DNA of 64,000 nucleotides. Source: Candidatus Parcubacteria bacterium. GTDB lineage: Bacteria > Patescibacteriota > Microgenomatia > UBA12405. Location of the stretch: NCBI GenBank assembly GCA_023396915.1, contig JAEWUV010000007.1, positions 18,077 to 82,076 on the forward strand, given 5' to 3'. Below, piece after piece: positions 9,786-18,756 of the stretch. Position 1 is the first letter of the stretch. The number at the start of each line of letters is the position of its first letter. The notes below the pieces were generated by a model that had not been told where the DNA came from, searched no databases, and saw only the letters and a program-made list of their open reading frames with translations. The position numbers and the translations under genes were made by a program.

Positions 9786-10610
9786 ATGAATCTTTCGCAA
9801 AATTTTATCAAATCACCCGAACTTGTCAGAGAATTGCTATCAGTTGGTTCTATTAATCAAAATGACACCGTAATCGAAATTGGTCCGGGCAAGGGGATTA
9901 TCACCAAAGAATTAATCAATCTTGCTGTACAAGTCATAGCTGTTGAAAAAGATCAAAACTTAATCCCCTTTCTCCAAAATAAATTTCAAAACACCACTAA
10001 TTTCAAATTAATTAATCAAGATTTTTTATCTTTTATTTTTCCCACCATCCCTTTTAAAATTTTTTCCAATATTCCTTTTTCCATCACTGCTCCCATTTTA
10101 AATAAAATCCTCAAAAGTAAAAACAAACCAACTGAAATATATTTTATAATGCAGTCAGAAGCCGCTAAAAAATATTCTCTTTCGGACAATTTTAACAATC
10201 AAGACGCCATTCTATTGGCTCCTTTTTACGATATAAAAATTTTAGGTGATATTGATCGTAGTGCCTTCACTCCCAAACCTCAAGTTGATATCGTTTTTGT
10301 TAAATTTATTTTAAAAAATAAACCAGAAATTAGCGAATTAAATTATCAACAATTCCGTGATTTTGTTATCTATGGATTTAATCAATGGAAAGCTAATATT
10401 TTTGAAATTTACAAAAAAATATTTTCTTATAATCAATTCAAAAAAATTAATCATCAATTAAAAATAAATTCACTCAAACCCACTCAAGTAAACTTTTCTC
10501 AATGGCTTTCACTTTTTGATATTTATCAAAAATTCGTCCCTGACACTAAAAAACGCCTAGTTTCTGGATTTGAAAAGACTTATTCAAAAAGACTCCCAAC
10601 CAAAGATTAA
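9786..10610 (+). CDS. rRNA adenine N6-dimethyltransferase (KsgA/RsmA-Erm family)
   Basis: SQNFIKS (GQNFL-like) and the SAM-binding VIEIGPGKGIITKEL. 274 aa, KsgA-like in length. Confidence 0.65.
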   Translation: MNLSQNFIKSPELVRELLSVGSINQNDTVIEIGPGKGIITKELINLAVQVIAVEKDQNLIPFLQNKFQNTTNFKLINQDFLSFIFPTIPFKIFSNIPFSITAPILNKILKSKNKPTEIYFIMQSEAAKKYSLSDNFNNQDAILLAPFYDIKILGDIDRSAFTPKPQVDIVFVKFILKNKPEISELNYQQFRDFVIYGFNQWKANIFEIYKKIFSYNQFKKINHQLKINSLKPTQVNFSQWLSLFDIYQKFVPDTKKRLVSGFEKTYSKRLPTKD

Positions 10611-10614
10611 TAGT

Positions 10615-11079
10615 TTATTCGTCTTCTAATTTCTTAAACTCTTCCTGATATTTATATTTCATTTTAAAGGTGTATTCTTCAGCTAAATTTTCTTTAATCA
10701 TCTCTTCATTTACCATTTTCCCATTTTCCAAAAACACATACCTTAATAGCCTGTCATAAACATCTCTATCATCCTGAGTTTCATCCGCCTCTAATCTAAC
10801 TTTTTCATTCCCAATTAAATTTATCAAAAATTCTTTTGCCTCAATTGCTTTTAACCCCTTTTGACTACTATCACTTAATTCTGGCGCATCAATTCCAATT
10901 AGTCTCACTGACTCTATTTTGTCATTAATTTTAACCTTAATCGTATCTCCGTCTACTACTTTAACTACTTCCATCCAATCAAATTCTATATTAGAAATTT
11001 CTGTTTTTGAAAATTTTATCCCCCAAAACAAAAACAACATTAACCCCATCAAAATTCCTAAAATAATTTTATTTTTCAT
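10615..11079 (-). CDS. secreted thermonuclease (SNase-like)
   Basis: N-terminal hydrophobic anchor, then VVKVVDGDTIKV...VRLIGIDAPE (SNase catalytic region). Confidence 0.7.
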   Translation of the reverse strand: MKNKIILGILMGLMLFLFWGIKFSKTEISNIEFDWMEVVKVVDGDTIKVKINDKIESVRLIGIDAPELSDSSQKGLKAIEAKEFLINLIGNEKVRLEADETQDDRDVYDRLLRYVFLENGKMVNEEMIKENLAEEYTFKMKYKYQEEFKKLEDE

Positions 11080-11672
11080 TTAATCTTTTTTATTAACTCT
11101 ACAATTTCACTAAATTTTTCTTGATTAAAATGCCCTCTGTCTTCAAAAGTTATTACCTCTGCTTTTGGTAAAAGTTTTTTATATTTTCCCATTGCCTCAA
11201 ACGGTACAACCTGATCGTCCCTACTATGTATTAAATAAATTTTCTCTGATTGATTTAAAAAATTATCCAAAGATTTTGGCAACCTAAAATTAGTCAAAGA
11301 CTCACCGGTTTCATCAAAAACTGCCGCTACCAATATTGTTGCCCTTATCTTTTTATTTACCTTATTTTCTGACAAATATTTTGCCAAAAATATTCCTCCC
11401 AATGAATGTCCGATTAATATTAAATTATTGCCTAATAAATTTAATATTTTTTCAAACCATATTTTCCACTCTATATAATTAGCATTAAATTTATTTGGCA
11501 TTTGAGGGTATATCACATCAAATTTCCCCCCTAAACGTGTCTGTAAAACATCCTTCCACCCACCTCTCCTAAACTTGTCCAAATCAATTTCAAAACTTTT
11601 CAAAAAGTTAATATAATCATTATACTTTTCAAAAGTATCCCCTCCATGAACGACCAACACTTGTTGTTTCAT
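11076..11672 (-). CDS. alpha/beta hydrolase (RBBP9/YdeN-type serine hydrolase)
   Basis: Nucleophile elbow LILIGHSLGG. Size (198 aa) and overall layout fit YdeN-like esterases. Confidence 0.6.
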   Translation of the reverse strand: MKQQVLVVHGGDTFEKYNDYINFLKSFEIDLDKFRRGGWKDVLQTRLGGKFDVIYPQMPNKFNANYIEWKIWFEKILNLLGNNLILIGHSLGGIFLAKYLSENKVNKKIRATILVAAVFDETGESLTNFRLPKSLDNFLNQSEKIYLIHSRDDQVVPFEAMGKYKKLLPKAEVITFEDRGHFNQEKFSEIVELIKKIK

Positions 11673-11716
11673 ATCTTAATTTTACCTTAAATAAAACCCG
11701 TGTTAACATTTACTAT

Positions 11717-12823
11717 ATGAAAAAACTTATTACTCTGTTTTTAATTTCGTTATTTTTTGTATCTTGTTCTTTTCCTGTTTCCGCCAAAATTTTAACCAAC
11801 AAAGATGGTGAAGTTAAATTAGATGAAAAAGAAATCATCAAAGACGATCTTTTTATTGGAGCCAAAGATGCTGCTATTGATGGAACAGTAAACGGAGATG
11901 TCTTTGTTGGCGCCGAAACCGTCACTATAACCGGTAAAATCAATGGAAATCTTCATCTTGGATCAGCTTCTGTTACTCTGCAGGGGGCTGAAATTTCTGG
12001 CAATGCTTATATCGGTTCAGGCCATGTTACTGTGACTAAAACTACTATTGACGGTTCACTTTTTCTTGGTTCTGGCAATGTTTCTCTTGATAAAGACAGC
12101 AACATCAAAGGTTCTCTTTTTATTGGAGCAGGGGATGTTACTATTGACTCAAAAATTGGCAGAAACTTATACCTTGGTGCCGGTCTAGCCAATATTGGTG
12201 ATAATACCAAAGTCGGTATGAATTTATATTATGCCTATGAAGCTAACAGTAATAACATTAAAATCTCTGATAAAGCGGTGATTTCCGGTGAAACTATAAA
12301 AAAAGTTTATGAAAAACAACCTAAAATTGATAATAAAATGGCTGTAGGTGGGTTAAAGGCTTTTAAATCTATAACCTCGATTTATTGGTTTGTTACTACT
12401 TTGGTTCTTGGGTTACTCTATCTAAGATTTTTCAAAAAACATTTTACTGAAACCTCAGTCATAGTTTCCAAAAAATTTTGGAAGAATTTTGGCATCGGTC
12501 TATTAATTTTTATTACCATTATTCCTGCTTCACTACTACTCTTAATTACTGTGATTGGAATCCCCTTAATCAAAGTAATTTTCTTACTAATGGCATTATT
12601 CGTTTTCTTGTCCAGATTTATTGTTAGTTTAGCCTTGGGTCAATGGATGGCAATCAAATTTAATTGGAACAAAAAAATGTCCAATTATTGGTTATTTATA
12701 ATCGGTCTTGTAGTTATCTCCGTCCTAAAAGCAGTCCCTGTAGTTGGATTCTTTACTACTCTTGTTGTCACTGCTGTCGGTCTTGGCGCCCTCTCCACCC
12801 GCCTCATACAACAAAATAGATAA
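11717..12823 (+). CDS. lipoprotein-like signal peptide + beta-helical repeat domain (bactofilin/DUF4097-like) + C-terminal 5-TM domain
   Basis: MKKLITLFLISLFFVSCSF is a signal/lipobox-like start. It is followed by tandem ~18-aa repeats (GDVFVGAETVTITGKINGNLHLGSASVTLQGAEISGNAYIGSGHVTV...) and a multi-TM C-terminus. Confidence 0.5.
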   Translation: MKKLITLFLISLFFVSCSFPVSAKILTNKDGEVKLDEKEIIKDDLFIGAKDAAIDGTVNGDVFVGAETVTITGKINGNLHLGSASVTLQGAEISGNAYIGSGHVTVTKTTIDGSLFLGSGNVSLDKDSNIKGSLFIGAGDVTIDSKIGRNLYLGAGLANIGDNTKVGMNLYYAYEANSNNIKISDKAVISGETIKKVYEKQPKIDNKMAVGGLKAFKSITSIYWFVTTLVLGLLYLRFFKKHFTETSVIVSKKFWKNFGIGLLIFITIIPASLLLLITVIGIPLIKVIFLLMALFVFLSRFIVSLALGQWMAIKFNWNKKMSNYWLFIIGLVVISVLKAVPVVGFFTTLVVTAVGLGALSTRLIQQNR

Positions 12824-12830
12824 GATTTTG

Positions 12831-12901
12831 TTACCCCGCATGGATTCGAACCACAATTATTGCGTTCAGAGCGCAACGTCCTACCATTAGACGACGGGGT
12901 A
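12831..12901 (-). tRNA. tRNA-Gln (anticodon CUG)
   Basis: Reverse complement folds as a cloverleaf. Acceptor TACCCCG/CGGGGTA has the U1-A72 pair typical of tRNA-Gln and discriminator A. T-loop TTCGAAT. Anticodon loop CTCTGAA. The 3' CCA is not encoded. Confidence 0.7.
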
Positions 12902-12913
12902 CTGTTGGCCATT

Positions 12914-12943
12914 ATTATACGGCAAATGGTATAATTTAGCCAA
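12914..12943 (-). promoter_or_regulatory. candidate sigma70-type promoter for tRNA-Gln (-35 TTGGCT, 18-nt spacer, -10 TATAAT)
   Basis: On the minus strand, TATAAT (plus 12914-12919) lies 12 nt before the tRNA 5' end and TTGGCT (plus 12938-12943) lies 18 nt upstream. Confidence 0.35.
12927..12935 (+). promoter_or_regulatory. extended -10 element TGGTATAAT (plus strand), 8 nt upstream of a small ORF
   Basis: Perfect TGn-TATAAT. It is face-to-face with the tRNA-Gln promoter. Confidence 0.3.
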
Positions 12944-13108
12944 ATGCAAACCATAGACGAACTAATCCAACAATTAAATTTAAGTCCTGAACAAGCCGAA
13001 GGAGTTAAAGAATATCTTAACGGTATTTTAGTCGAACTTCTTGAAAGTATAAAACAAGATCACATCAACAATTTTGACGAGACCATCAACAACCTTAAAA
13101 ACAACTAG
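12944..13108 (+). CDS. possible small protein (54 aa), below the ORF-track threshold
   Basis: ATG 12944 to TAG 13106-13108. MQTIDELIQQLNLSPEQAEGVKEYLNGILVELLESIKQDHINNFDETINNLKNN is helical and charged. Its stop overlaps the convergent MBL gene stop (CTAG). Confidence 0.3.
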   Translation: MQTIDELIQQLNLSPEQAEGVKEYLNGILVELLESIKQDHINNFDETINNLKNN

Positions 13109-13737
13109 TTTTTAATATATCTTTCTTGTTCCCGGCCAATACTCGTTGGTTCTCCATGACCTGAATATATATCTGTTTCTTCCGGTAGTTCCATTAATTT
13201 TTTCAAACTCCCATATATTTTTTTAGTTGATCCATATTTAAAATCTGTTCTACCTCTTGAATCCTTAAATAAAGTATCACCGGAAAACAATAAATTATCT
13301 TTTTTGCTATATAAACAAACTGAACCAGGTGTATGGCCTGGTGTTTTTATTACCTTTAATTCACTTTCCCCAAATTCTATCTCTTTAATTTTATCTAAAT
13401 CTTTATCTATTTTGATTAAATTAGGGATTTGTAATTCACGTTTCAAAAAATATTTTGCAGTTTCATCTTGTCGGTCCAATATAAATTTGTCTTTTGACGA
13501 GACAAAAATTGGGACATTGTAAATTAATTTTAAATCTAAAGCTCCCAAACAATGATCAAAATGTCCATGTGTCATCACAATTCCAATTAATTTAATTCCC
13601 TTATTTTCTACTTCTTCGGAAATACCAACTCCGTCGTCGGCCGGATCAATTACCAGGCCTTCTTTTGTCTCTTCATCCCAAACAATGTAGCAATTAGTTT
13701 CTAAATTTCCCAAAACTAACGCTTCTTTTTTAATCAT
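13105..13737 (-). CDS. MBL-fold metallo-hydrolase
   Basis: HxHxDH motif (VMTHGHFDHCLGA) and downstream His/Asp ligands. Confidence 0.8.
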   Translation of the reverse strand: MIKKEALVLGNLETNCYIVWDEETKEGLVIDPADDGVGISEEVENKGIKLIGIVMTHGHFDHCLGALDLKLIYNVPIFVSSKDKFILDRQDETAKYFLKRELQIPNLIKIDKDLDKIKEIEFGESELKVIKTPGHTPGSVCLYSKKDNLLFSGDTLFKDSRGRTDFKYGSTKKIYGSLKKLMELPEETDIYSGHGEPTSIGREQERYIKN

Positions 13738-13758
13738 AGGTTATAATAACTCATATCT

Positions 13759-14469
13759 ATGAAACAAAACAATCCTGCCAACAAACGCCTTTTTATTGGG
13801 AGTCTTCCTTATCGTTTTACTGAAGGTGAACTTTTAAGTCTTTTTATTTCCGAAGGTAAAATAATTTCTTTGCGGATTATGCACAATCAATGGGGTAAAA
13901 GTAGGGGGATTGGTTATATTGAATATGAAAATTTAGATGATGCCATTCATGCCAAAGAAAAATATCATAACTACAGAATAGGTGACAGGACTATTATTGT
14001 CGATTACGCCCAACCTGATCCTTTTTTAACCCCAGAAGGCAAAGCCCGCCATGAGGAAGCGTTGCAAAAACACCCAAATCGCCGTCAGGCTTTAAATTAT
14101 CTCCCTCACCCTGATTCGGATACTTCAGAGTACCAACAACGTCGTTCACAGGCCCATCAAAGTAACTTTACCCCCAGAAACGATTATCAACCAAATAGTC
14201 AACCACAAAAAGTTAAAAGATTTAAGGGTGGTAAGCCGGTTTTTAATTCATTAGGTAAATCAATTAACCGTGATATTAGCAGTGAATATACTCCAAAGTT
14301 TTTCCCTGAATTAAGCAATTCTTCAAAGAAAAAATTTAGACCAAAGCCGGGCCAAAAACCGGAATATAAATCCAGTTCACCCTTGCACGTTCGTAGTAGT
14401 GTTTTTAAACAACGTCATTTTGGGTCAAAAGTTGGTGCCAAATTCGCCGCCAAAAGCAAAAGAAAATAA
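13759..14469 (+). CDS. RRM-domain RNA-binding protein with a long basic low-complexity tail
   Basis: RNP-2 LFIGSL and RNP-1 RGIGYIEY, then ~150 aa rich in K/R/P/Q/S. Confidence 0.7.
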   Translation: MKQNNPANKRLFIGSLPYRFTEGELLSLFISEGKIISLRIMHNQWGKSRGIGYIEYENLDDAIHAKEKYHNYRIGDRTIIVDYAQPDPFLTPEGKARHEEALQKHPNRRQALNYLPHPDSDTSEYQQRRSQAHQSNFTPRNDYQPNSQPQKVKRFKGGKPVFNSLGKSINRDISSEYTPKFFPELSNSSKKKFRPKPGQKPEYKSSSPLHVRSSVFKQRHFGSKVGAKFAAKSKRK

Positions 14470-15533
14470 TGTCTAACTTCTTAAAAAGTTCTAAACCAAT
14501 TATCGGTCTTTCTCCTATGGATGGGATTACTGACGAGGCTTTTCGTTTGGTCCAAACTCAAATCGCCAAACCCGATTTAATGTTTACTGAATTTGTCAGT
14601 GCCGAAGGTATATCCCGCGGAGGAATTAAATTATATCAAGGACTTTTATTCTCACCCCAGCAGCGCTCTATTATCGGCCAATTATTTGGCAAAGACCCGG
14701 AAAGTTTTTATAAATCAGCCATTATTCTTTGTGAACTTGGTTTTGACGGTATTGATATTAATATGGGTTGTCCCGCCAAAACCGTCACTCAACATGGGTC
14801 AGGTGCCGCCTTAATTGATAAACCAAAATTAGCGGTTGAAATTATTAAAGCCACCAAACAGGGGATTGATGATTATTGCTCCGGCAAAATTAAAATCACC
14901 GACCTTGGTCTTAATCAAAAAACTTTAGATGTTATTAAACAAAATCAAAAATATTCTGGCATTAATGTAGAGACGCATCATGATGCGTCTCTACCACCAT
15001 CAAAACCTACCTTATCCGTCAAGACTCGTCTCGGAATTGATAAACCAGTTGTTGAACAATGGATCCCAGTTTTATTAAAACAACCTATAGATTTCCTTAC
15101 TATTCATGGCCGAACCCTCAAACAAGCTTATGCCGGCAAGGCTGATTGGCAAGAAATTAATAAAGTTGTTAATTTATCCAAAAATACCGGTATAAAAATT
15201 TTTGGTAACGGTGATGTTCAAAATAAAAATGAAGCTTTGGAATATTGTAAAAAATATGGTGTTGATGGGGTTTTAATTGGCAGAGCTGCCGGTGGTAACC
15301 CTTGGGCTTTTAATAATCATATCGCCACACCACAAGAAAAATTTTCTGCCATGTTACTTCACGCTCAAATTTTTGGACAGGTTTTCCCTAAGCGCTGTTT
15401 TGATAGTTTGCGCAAACATTTTTTACTTTACACCTCAGATTTTTCTCATGCAAAATCGCTCAGAATGAAACTTGTTAGATTAAACTCAGTCAAAGAACTT
15501 TTAAGCCTTGAAGAAGAATTCAAGGCTTGTTAA
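14469..15533 (+). CDS. dus: tRNA-dihydrouridine synthase
   Basis: IIGLSPMDGITDEAFR ... INMGCPAKTV (Dus TIM-barrel catalytic Cys region). Confidence 0.85.
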   Translation: MSNFLKSSKPIIGLSPMDGITDEAFRLVQTQIAKPDLMFTEFVSAEGISRGGIKLYQGLLFSPQQRSIIGQLFGKDPESFYKSAIILCELGFDGIDINMGCPAKTVTQHGSGAALIDKPKLAVEIIKATKQGIDDYCSGKIKITDLGLNQKTLDVIKQNQKYSGINVETHHDASLPPSKPTLSVKTRLGIDKPVVEQWIPVLLKQPIDFLTIHGRTLKQAYAGKADWQEINKVVNLSKNTGIKIFGNGDVQNKNEALEYCKKYGVDGVLIGRAAGGNPWAFNNHIATPQEKFSAMLLHAQIFGQVFPKRCFDSLRKHFLLYTSDFSHAKSLRMKLVRLNSVKELLSLEEEFKAC

Positions 15534-15542
15534 AGTAGAAGA

Positions 15543-15941
15543 ATGCCAGACGAAAATAAAGTAGCCAATTTGCTAAATATTGAATCATTAATTAATAATG
15601 CCAATTCCAAACTTAATGATTTGGCTTATGAAGTCAAAGAGCAGCAATCTATGCTTGATGAGATTTTAGAAAACGATAATGATTTTCAGGAAATTGACAA
15701 AGAGGCCAAAAAACAGGCAAAATTAAAAACCACCGCCCGACAAAAAGCTCTTAATACTCCAGGTGCCAAAACTACTATTGATAAACTTAAAGAAACTCGT
15801 TCCCAAATCAAAGAACTTAAAGTTGCCCTTTCTGACTATCTATCCCAATATGTCGCTCTTTCTGGCACTCACCAAATTGAAGGGCCTGATGGAGTTGTCA
15901 GACAAATTATCTACACTGCCAAATTAGTAAAAAGCAAATAA
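15543..15941 (+). CDS. hypothetical coiled-coil protein
   Basis: 132 aa, heptad-like and charged, with no recognised motif. Confidence 0.45.
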   Translation: MPDENKVANLLNIESLINNANSKLNDLAYEVKEQQSMLDEILENDNDFQEIDKEAKKQAKLKTTARQKALNTPGAKTTIDKLKETRSQIKELKVALSDYLSQYVALSGTHQIEGPDGVVRQIIYTAKLVKSK

Positions 15942-15960
15942 TAGTTTATAATTCAAACAT

Positions 15961-16272
15961 ATGGCACAAAATATATCTCAAAATGACTTCCAAAAGGAAG
16001 TGTTAGATGTTAAAGGAAAAGTCTTAGTTGATTTCTGGGCTCCTTGGTGTGGTCCATGTCAAATGCTTGGTCCAGTCATCGAAGAAATTAGCCATGAAGT
16101 CAAAGATGTAAAAGTTGTTAAAGTTAATGTTGACGAAGCTCAAGAATTATCCGGTAAATATGGTGTTTCCGGTATCCCTACCGTCATTCTTTTCAAAGAC
16201 GGTCAAATAGTTGAAACGATAGTCGGTTTTCGCCAAAAACAAGACTATCTTACCGCTATCTCCAAAGCCTAA
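15961..16272 (+). CDS. trxA: thioredoxin
   Basis: WAPWCGPCQ active site. 103 aa. Confidence 0.9.
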   Translation: MAQNISQNDFQKEVLDVKGKVLVDFWAPWCGPCQMLGPVIEEISHEVKDVKVVKVNVDEAQELSGKYGVSGIPTVILFKDGQIVETIVGFRQKQDYLTAISKA

Positions 16273-16275
16273 TCA

Positions 16276-17271
16276 ATGGATTTAAATCAACTAAAAACTT
16301 TTCTCGATTCCCAAAACTTACCTGCTTTTCGTTTCCGGCAAATTGTCAAAAATTATTATTCCGGTCGCTATAATTCTTTCGATCAAATGACTGATTTATC
16401 AAAGGATTTACGTGCTCAACTTTCCCAAAATTTCCCTCTTTTATCAGTCTCTGAAGCTAAAACTGTCGGGGACACATCAGTTAAAAAATCCCTTTTAAAA
16501 TTAAGCGATAATCAACTAATTGAGTCGGTTTTAATGAATTATGATGATTGGATTACTGCCTGTATCTCTAGTCAGGTTGGTTGTGCTTTAAATTGCCAAT
16601 TTTGTGCTACTGGAAAAATGGGTTTTAAGCGTAATTTAACAGTCACAGAAATTGTTGATCAAATTCTTTTTTGGAATCAAAAAATTTATCCTTCATTTGT
16701 CGGTCGAATTGTTTTTATGGGTATGGGCGAGCCATTTTTAAATTGGGATAATCTAATTTCTGCCCTAAAAATAATTAATTCCAAAGATGGCCTAAATATT
16801 GGTGCCCGAAAAATTAGTATTTCCACTGCCGGGGTAGCTGACAAAATTATCGAGTTTACCAAACTCGACACTCAAATTAACCTCGCCGTTTCTCTTCATT
16901 CTGCTAATCAAAAATATAGGCAGTCTATTATGCCTATTGCTCGGCAATATAATCTCGATGAACTCAAAAAAGCCTGTTTATATTATGTCAATCACACTAA
17001 TCGCCAATTATTTTTTGAGTATGCTTTAACCGACAAAAACACTTCTCAAACCGATGCCAAATTATTAGCCGATTTCATTCATTCTCACCGATTATTTTTT
17101 GTTAATTTAATCCCCCTTAACCCAGTTAATGGTGGTTTAACCCCGGCCAACAAAGATCAACAAAAACTATTTATGAGTTATTTAAATCAATACCAAGTTG
17201 AATATTCACTCAGAAGATCTTTTGGACAATCTTATTCTGCCGCCTGCGGTCAATTAGCTACTAATTTATAA
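16276..17271 (+). CDS. rlmN: 23S rRNA/tRNA adenine-C2 methyltransferase (radical SAM, RlmN family)
   Basis: CISSQVGCALNCQFCATG (CxxxCxxC radical-SAM cluster in the RlmN context). 331 aa. Confidence 0.85.
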   Translation: MDLNQLKTFLDSQNLPAFRFRQIVKNYYSGRYNSFDQMTDLSKDLRAQLSQNFPLLSVSEAKTVGDTSVKKSLLKLSDNQLIESVLMNYDDWITACISSQVGCALNCQFCATGKMGFKRNLTVTEIVDQILFWNQKIYPSFVGRIVFMGMGEPFLNWDNLISALKIINSKDGLNIGARKISISTAGVADKIIEFTKLDTQINLAVSLHSANQKYRQSIMPIARQYNLDELKKACLYYVNHTNRQLFFEYALTDKNTSQTDAKLLADFIHSHRLFFVNLIPLNPVNGGLTPANKDQQKLFMSYLNQYQVEYSLRRSFGQSYSAACGQLATNL

Positions 17272-17284
17272 TACATTTATTATT

Positions 17285-17306
17285 TTTCCCCTTCATCAAG
17301 GGGAAA
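17285..17306. repeat. GC-rich hairpin, YATC-loop family copy 1 (TTTCCCCTT-CATC-AAGGGGAAA)
   Basis: Seen directly, in the 44-nt rlmN-obg spacer. Confidence 0.5.
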
Positions 17307-17348
17307 TGTCACGGAGTGACAAAAGGGTTTAGCTGTTATAATACGTTC

Positions 17349-18299
17349 ATGCTTATTGACGAAGTTAATATTACTATCAAAGGTGGCGACGGGGGAAATG
17401 GTATCGTCCATTTCTATGCCGATGCCTTTCGACCCAAAGGCGGCCCTGACGGTGGTCGAGGGGGCAGTGGCGGTTCTGTTTACTTTGAGGGAGTTTCTGA
17501 CATTAGTAAATTAAATCAGTTTCGTCATTCCAAAGTTTATAGTGCCGAAAATGGTGAGAATGGTGGACGTAATAATCGGACTGGTAAGAATGGGGAAGAT
17601 TTAATTATTCCGGTTCCAGTTGGCACAGTTGCTAATTACGATAATGGTACTTCAATTGAAATCACCGATGTTGGTCAAAAAGTTTTAATGGCCAAGGGCG
17701 GCAACGGTGGCAAAGGTAACTTTATGTTTAAATCTGCCACTAATCAAACACCACAGGAACGTGAATTAGGTTTTAAATGTACTCCAAAAAAACTTTTTTT
17801 ACAGCTTAAACTTATTGCCCAAGTCGGTTTAATAGGGTTACCTAATGCCGGCAAAACCAGTCTTTTAAACGAACTTACTCCGGCCAATGCCAAAGTTGCC
17901 AATTATGCTTTTACTACTTTAGAGCCTAATTTAGGTGTTACTAGAGGGGGATTAATTATTGCCGATATCCCAGGGTTAATTGAAGGCGCTGCTAATGGCA
18001 AAGGTTTGGGTATTAAATTCTTAAAACACATCGAACGCACCAGATTATTAATTCATTGTATTTCTGCTGAATCAATTGACCCTCTCAAAGATTATCAGAC
18101 TATTCGAAATGAACTTTCTAATTACAGTTCTGTTTTAGCTAAAAAACCAGAAATAATTGTTTTAACAAAATCTGATGTTCTAGAGCCAAAAGAAATTAAA
18201 TCAGTCCAACAAAAAATCGGTGCCGACCTGGTTACTTCCATTATCGACACCGACAGTATCAAAAAGTTAAGTGATTTTATTACTAAAAGACTAAACTAA
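17349..18299 (+). CDS. obg: GTPase Obg/CgtA
   Basis: MLIDEVNITIKGGDGGNG...GGPDGGRGGSGGSVYF is the Obg fold, followed by G1-G4 GTPase motifs (GLPNAGKTSLLN). The ORF-track start at 17316 is probably an upstream extension. Confidence 0.9.
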   Translation: MLIDEVNITIKGGDGGNGIVHFYADAFRPKGGPDGGRGGSGGSVYFEGVSDISKLNQFRHSKVYSAENGENGGRNNRTGKNGEDLIIPVPVGTVANYDNGTSIEITDVGQKVLMAKGGNGGKGNFMFKSATNQTPQERELGFKCTPKKLFLQLKLIAQVGLIGLPNAGKTSLLNELTPANAKVANYAFTTLEPNLGVTRGGLIIADIPGLIEGAANGKGLGIKFLKHIERTRLLIHCISAESIDPLKDYQTIRNELSNYSSVLAKKPEIIVLTKSDVLEPKEIKSVQQKIGADLVTSIIDTDSIKKLSDFITKRLN

Positions 18300-18716
18300 A
18301 ACCTTTTTAACTTTACCCCAATCTTTCTTTAATTGTCCTACCAACTTTTTAGCCCCATCTTTGGTAGATTTTAAATCATTTTTAAATTCTTCCACCACAT
18401 CTTCCACAATCATCGCATATTTACTTTGATCAATCTCTTTACCGGCAGTCTTCACTTCCGCCACTTTTTCCATTACTGCAGTTTTAATTTGCTTATATTT
18501 AGCCACTGCTTCATCACTGACATCTCCAAAAACTTCCTTAACTTTATCTTTAGTATCTTTTACTCCGCTTTGGACCTCTTTACTAAGTTTATTTAACATC
18601 CTTTTAATGTCTTCTCTGGTTTTTTTACCCGACTGAGGCGCTAATAATAATCCACCCACAGCTCCGGCTGCCGCTGCTAATAATCCGGTTAAGAAAAATT
18701 TTCCTGTTTTTGCCAT
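18291..18716 (-). CDS. YtxH-like (DUF948) small membrane-associated protein
   Basis: N-terminal Gly/Ala helix (GLLAAAAGAVGGLLLAPQSGKKTREDIK), then a charged coiled coil. Overlaps the obg 3' end by 9 nt (convergent). Confidence 0.6.
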   Translation of the reverse strand: MAKTGKFFLTGLLAAAAGAVGGLLLAPQSGKKTREDIKRMLNKLSKEVQSGVKDTKDKVKEVFGDVSDEAVAKYKQIKTAVMEKVAEVKTAGKEIDQSKYAMIVEDVVEEFKNDLKSTKDGAKKLVGQLKKDWGKVKKVLV

Positions 18717-18756
18717 AATTTTTATTTAATTAATTAACAATTTAAGTCTAGAGGAA

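Noticed and set aside
12685-12954. 89-aa minus-strand ORF spanning the tRNA-Gln gene
   Set aside because: It overlaps a confidently folded tRNA and its promoter. Its Cys/Arg-rich translation is typical of translated structured RNA.
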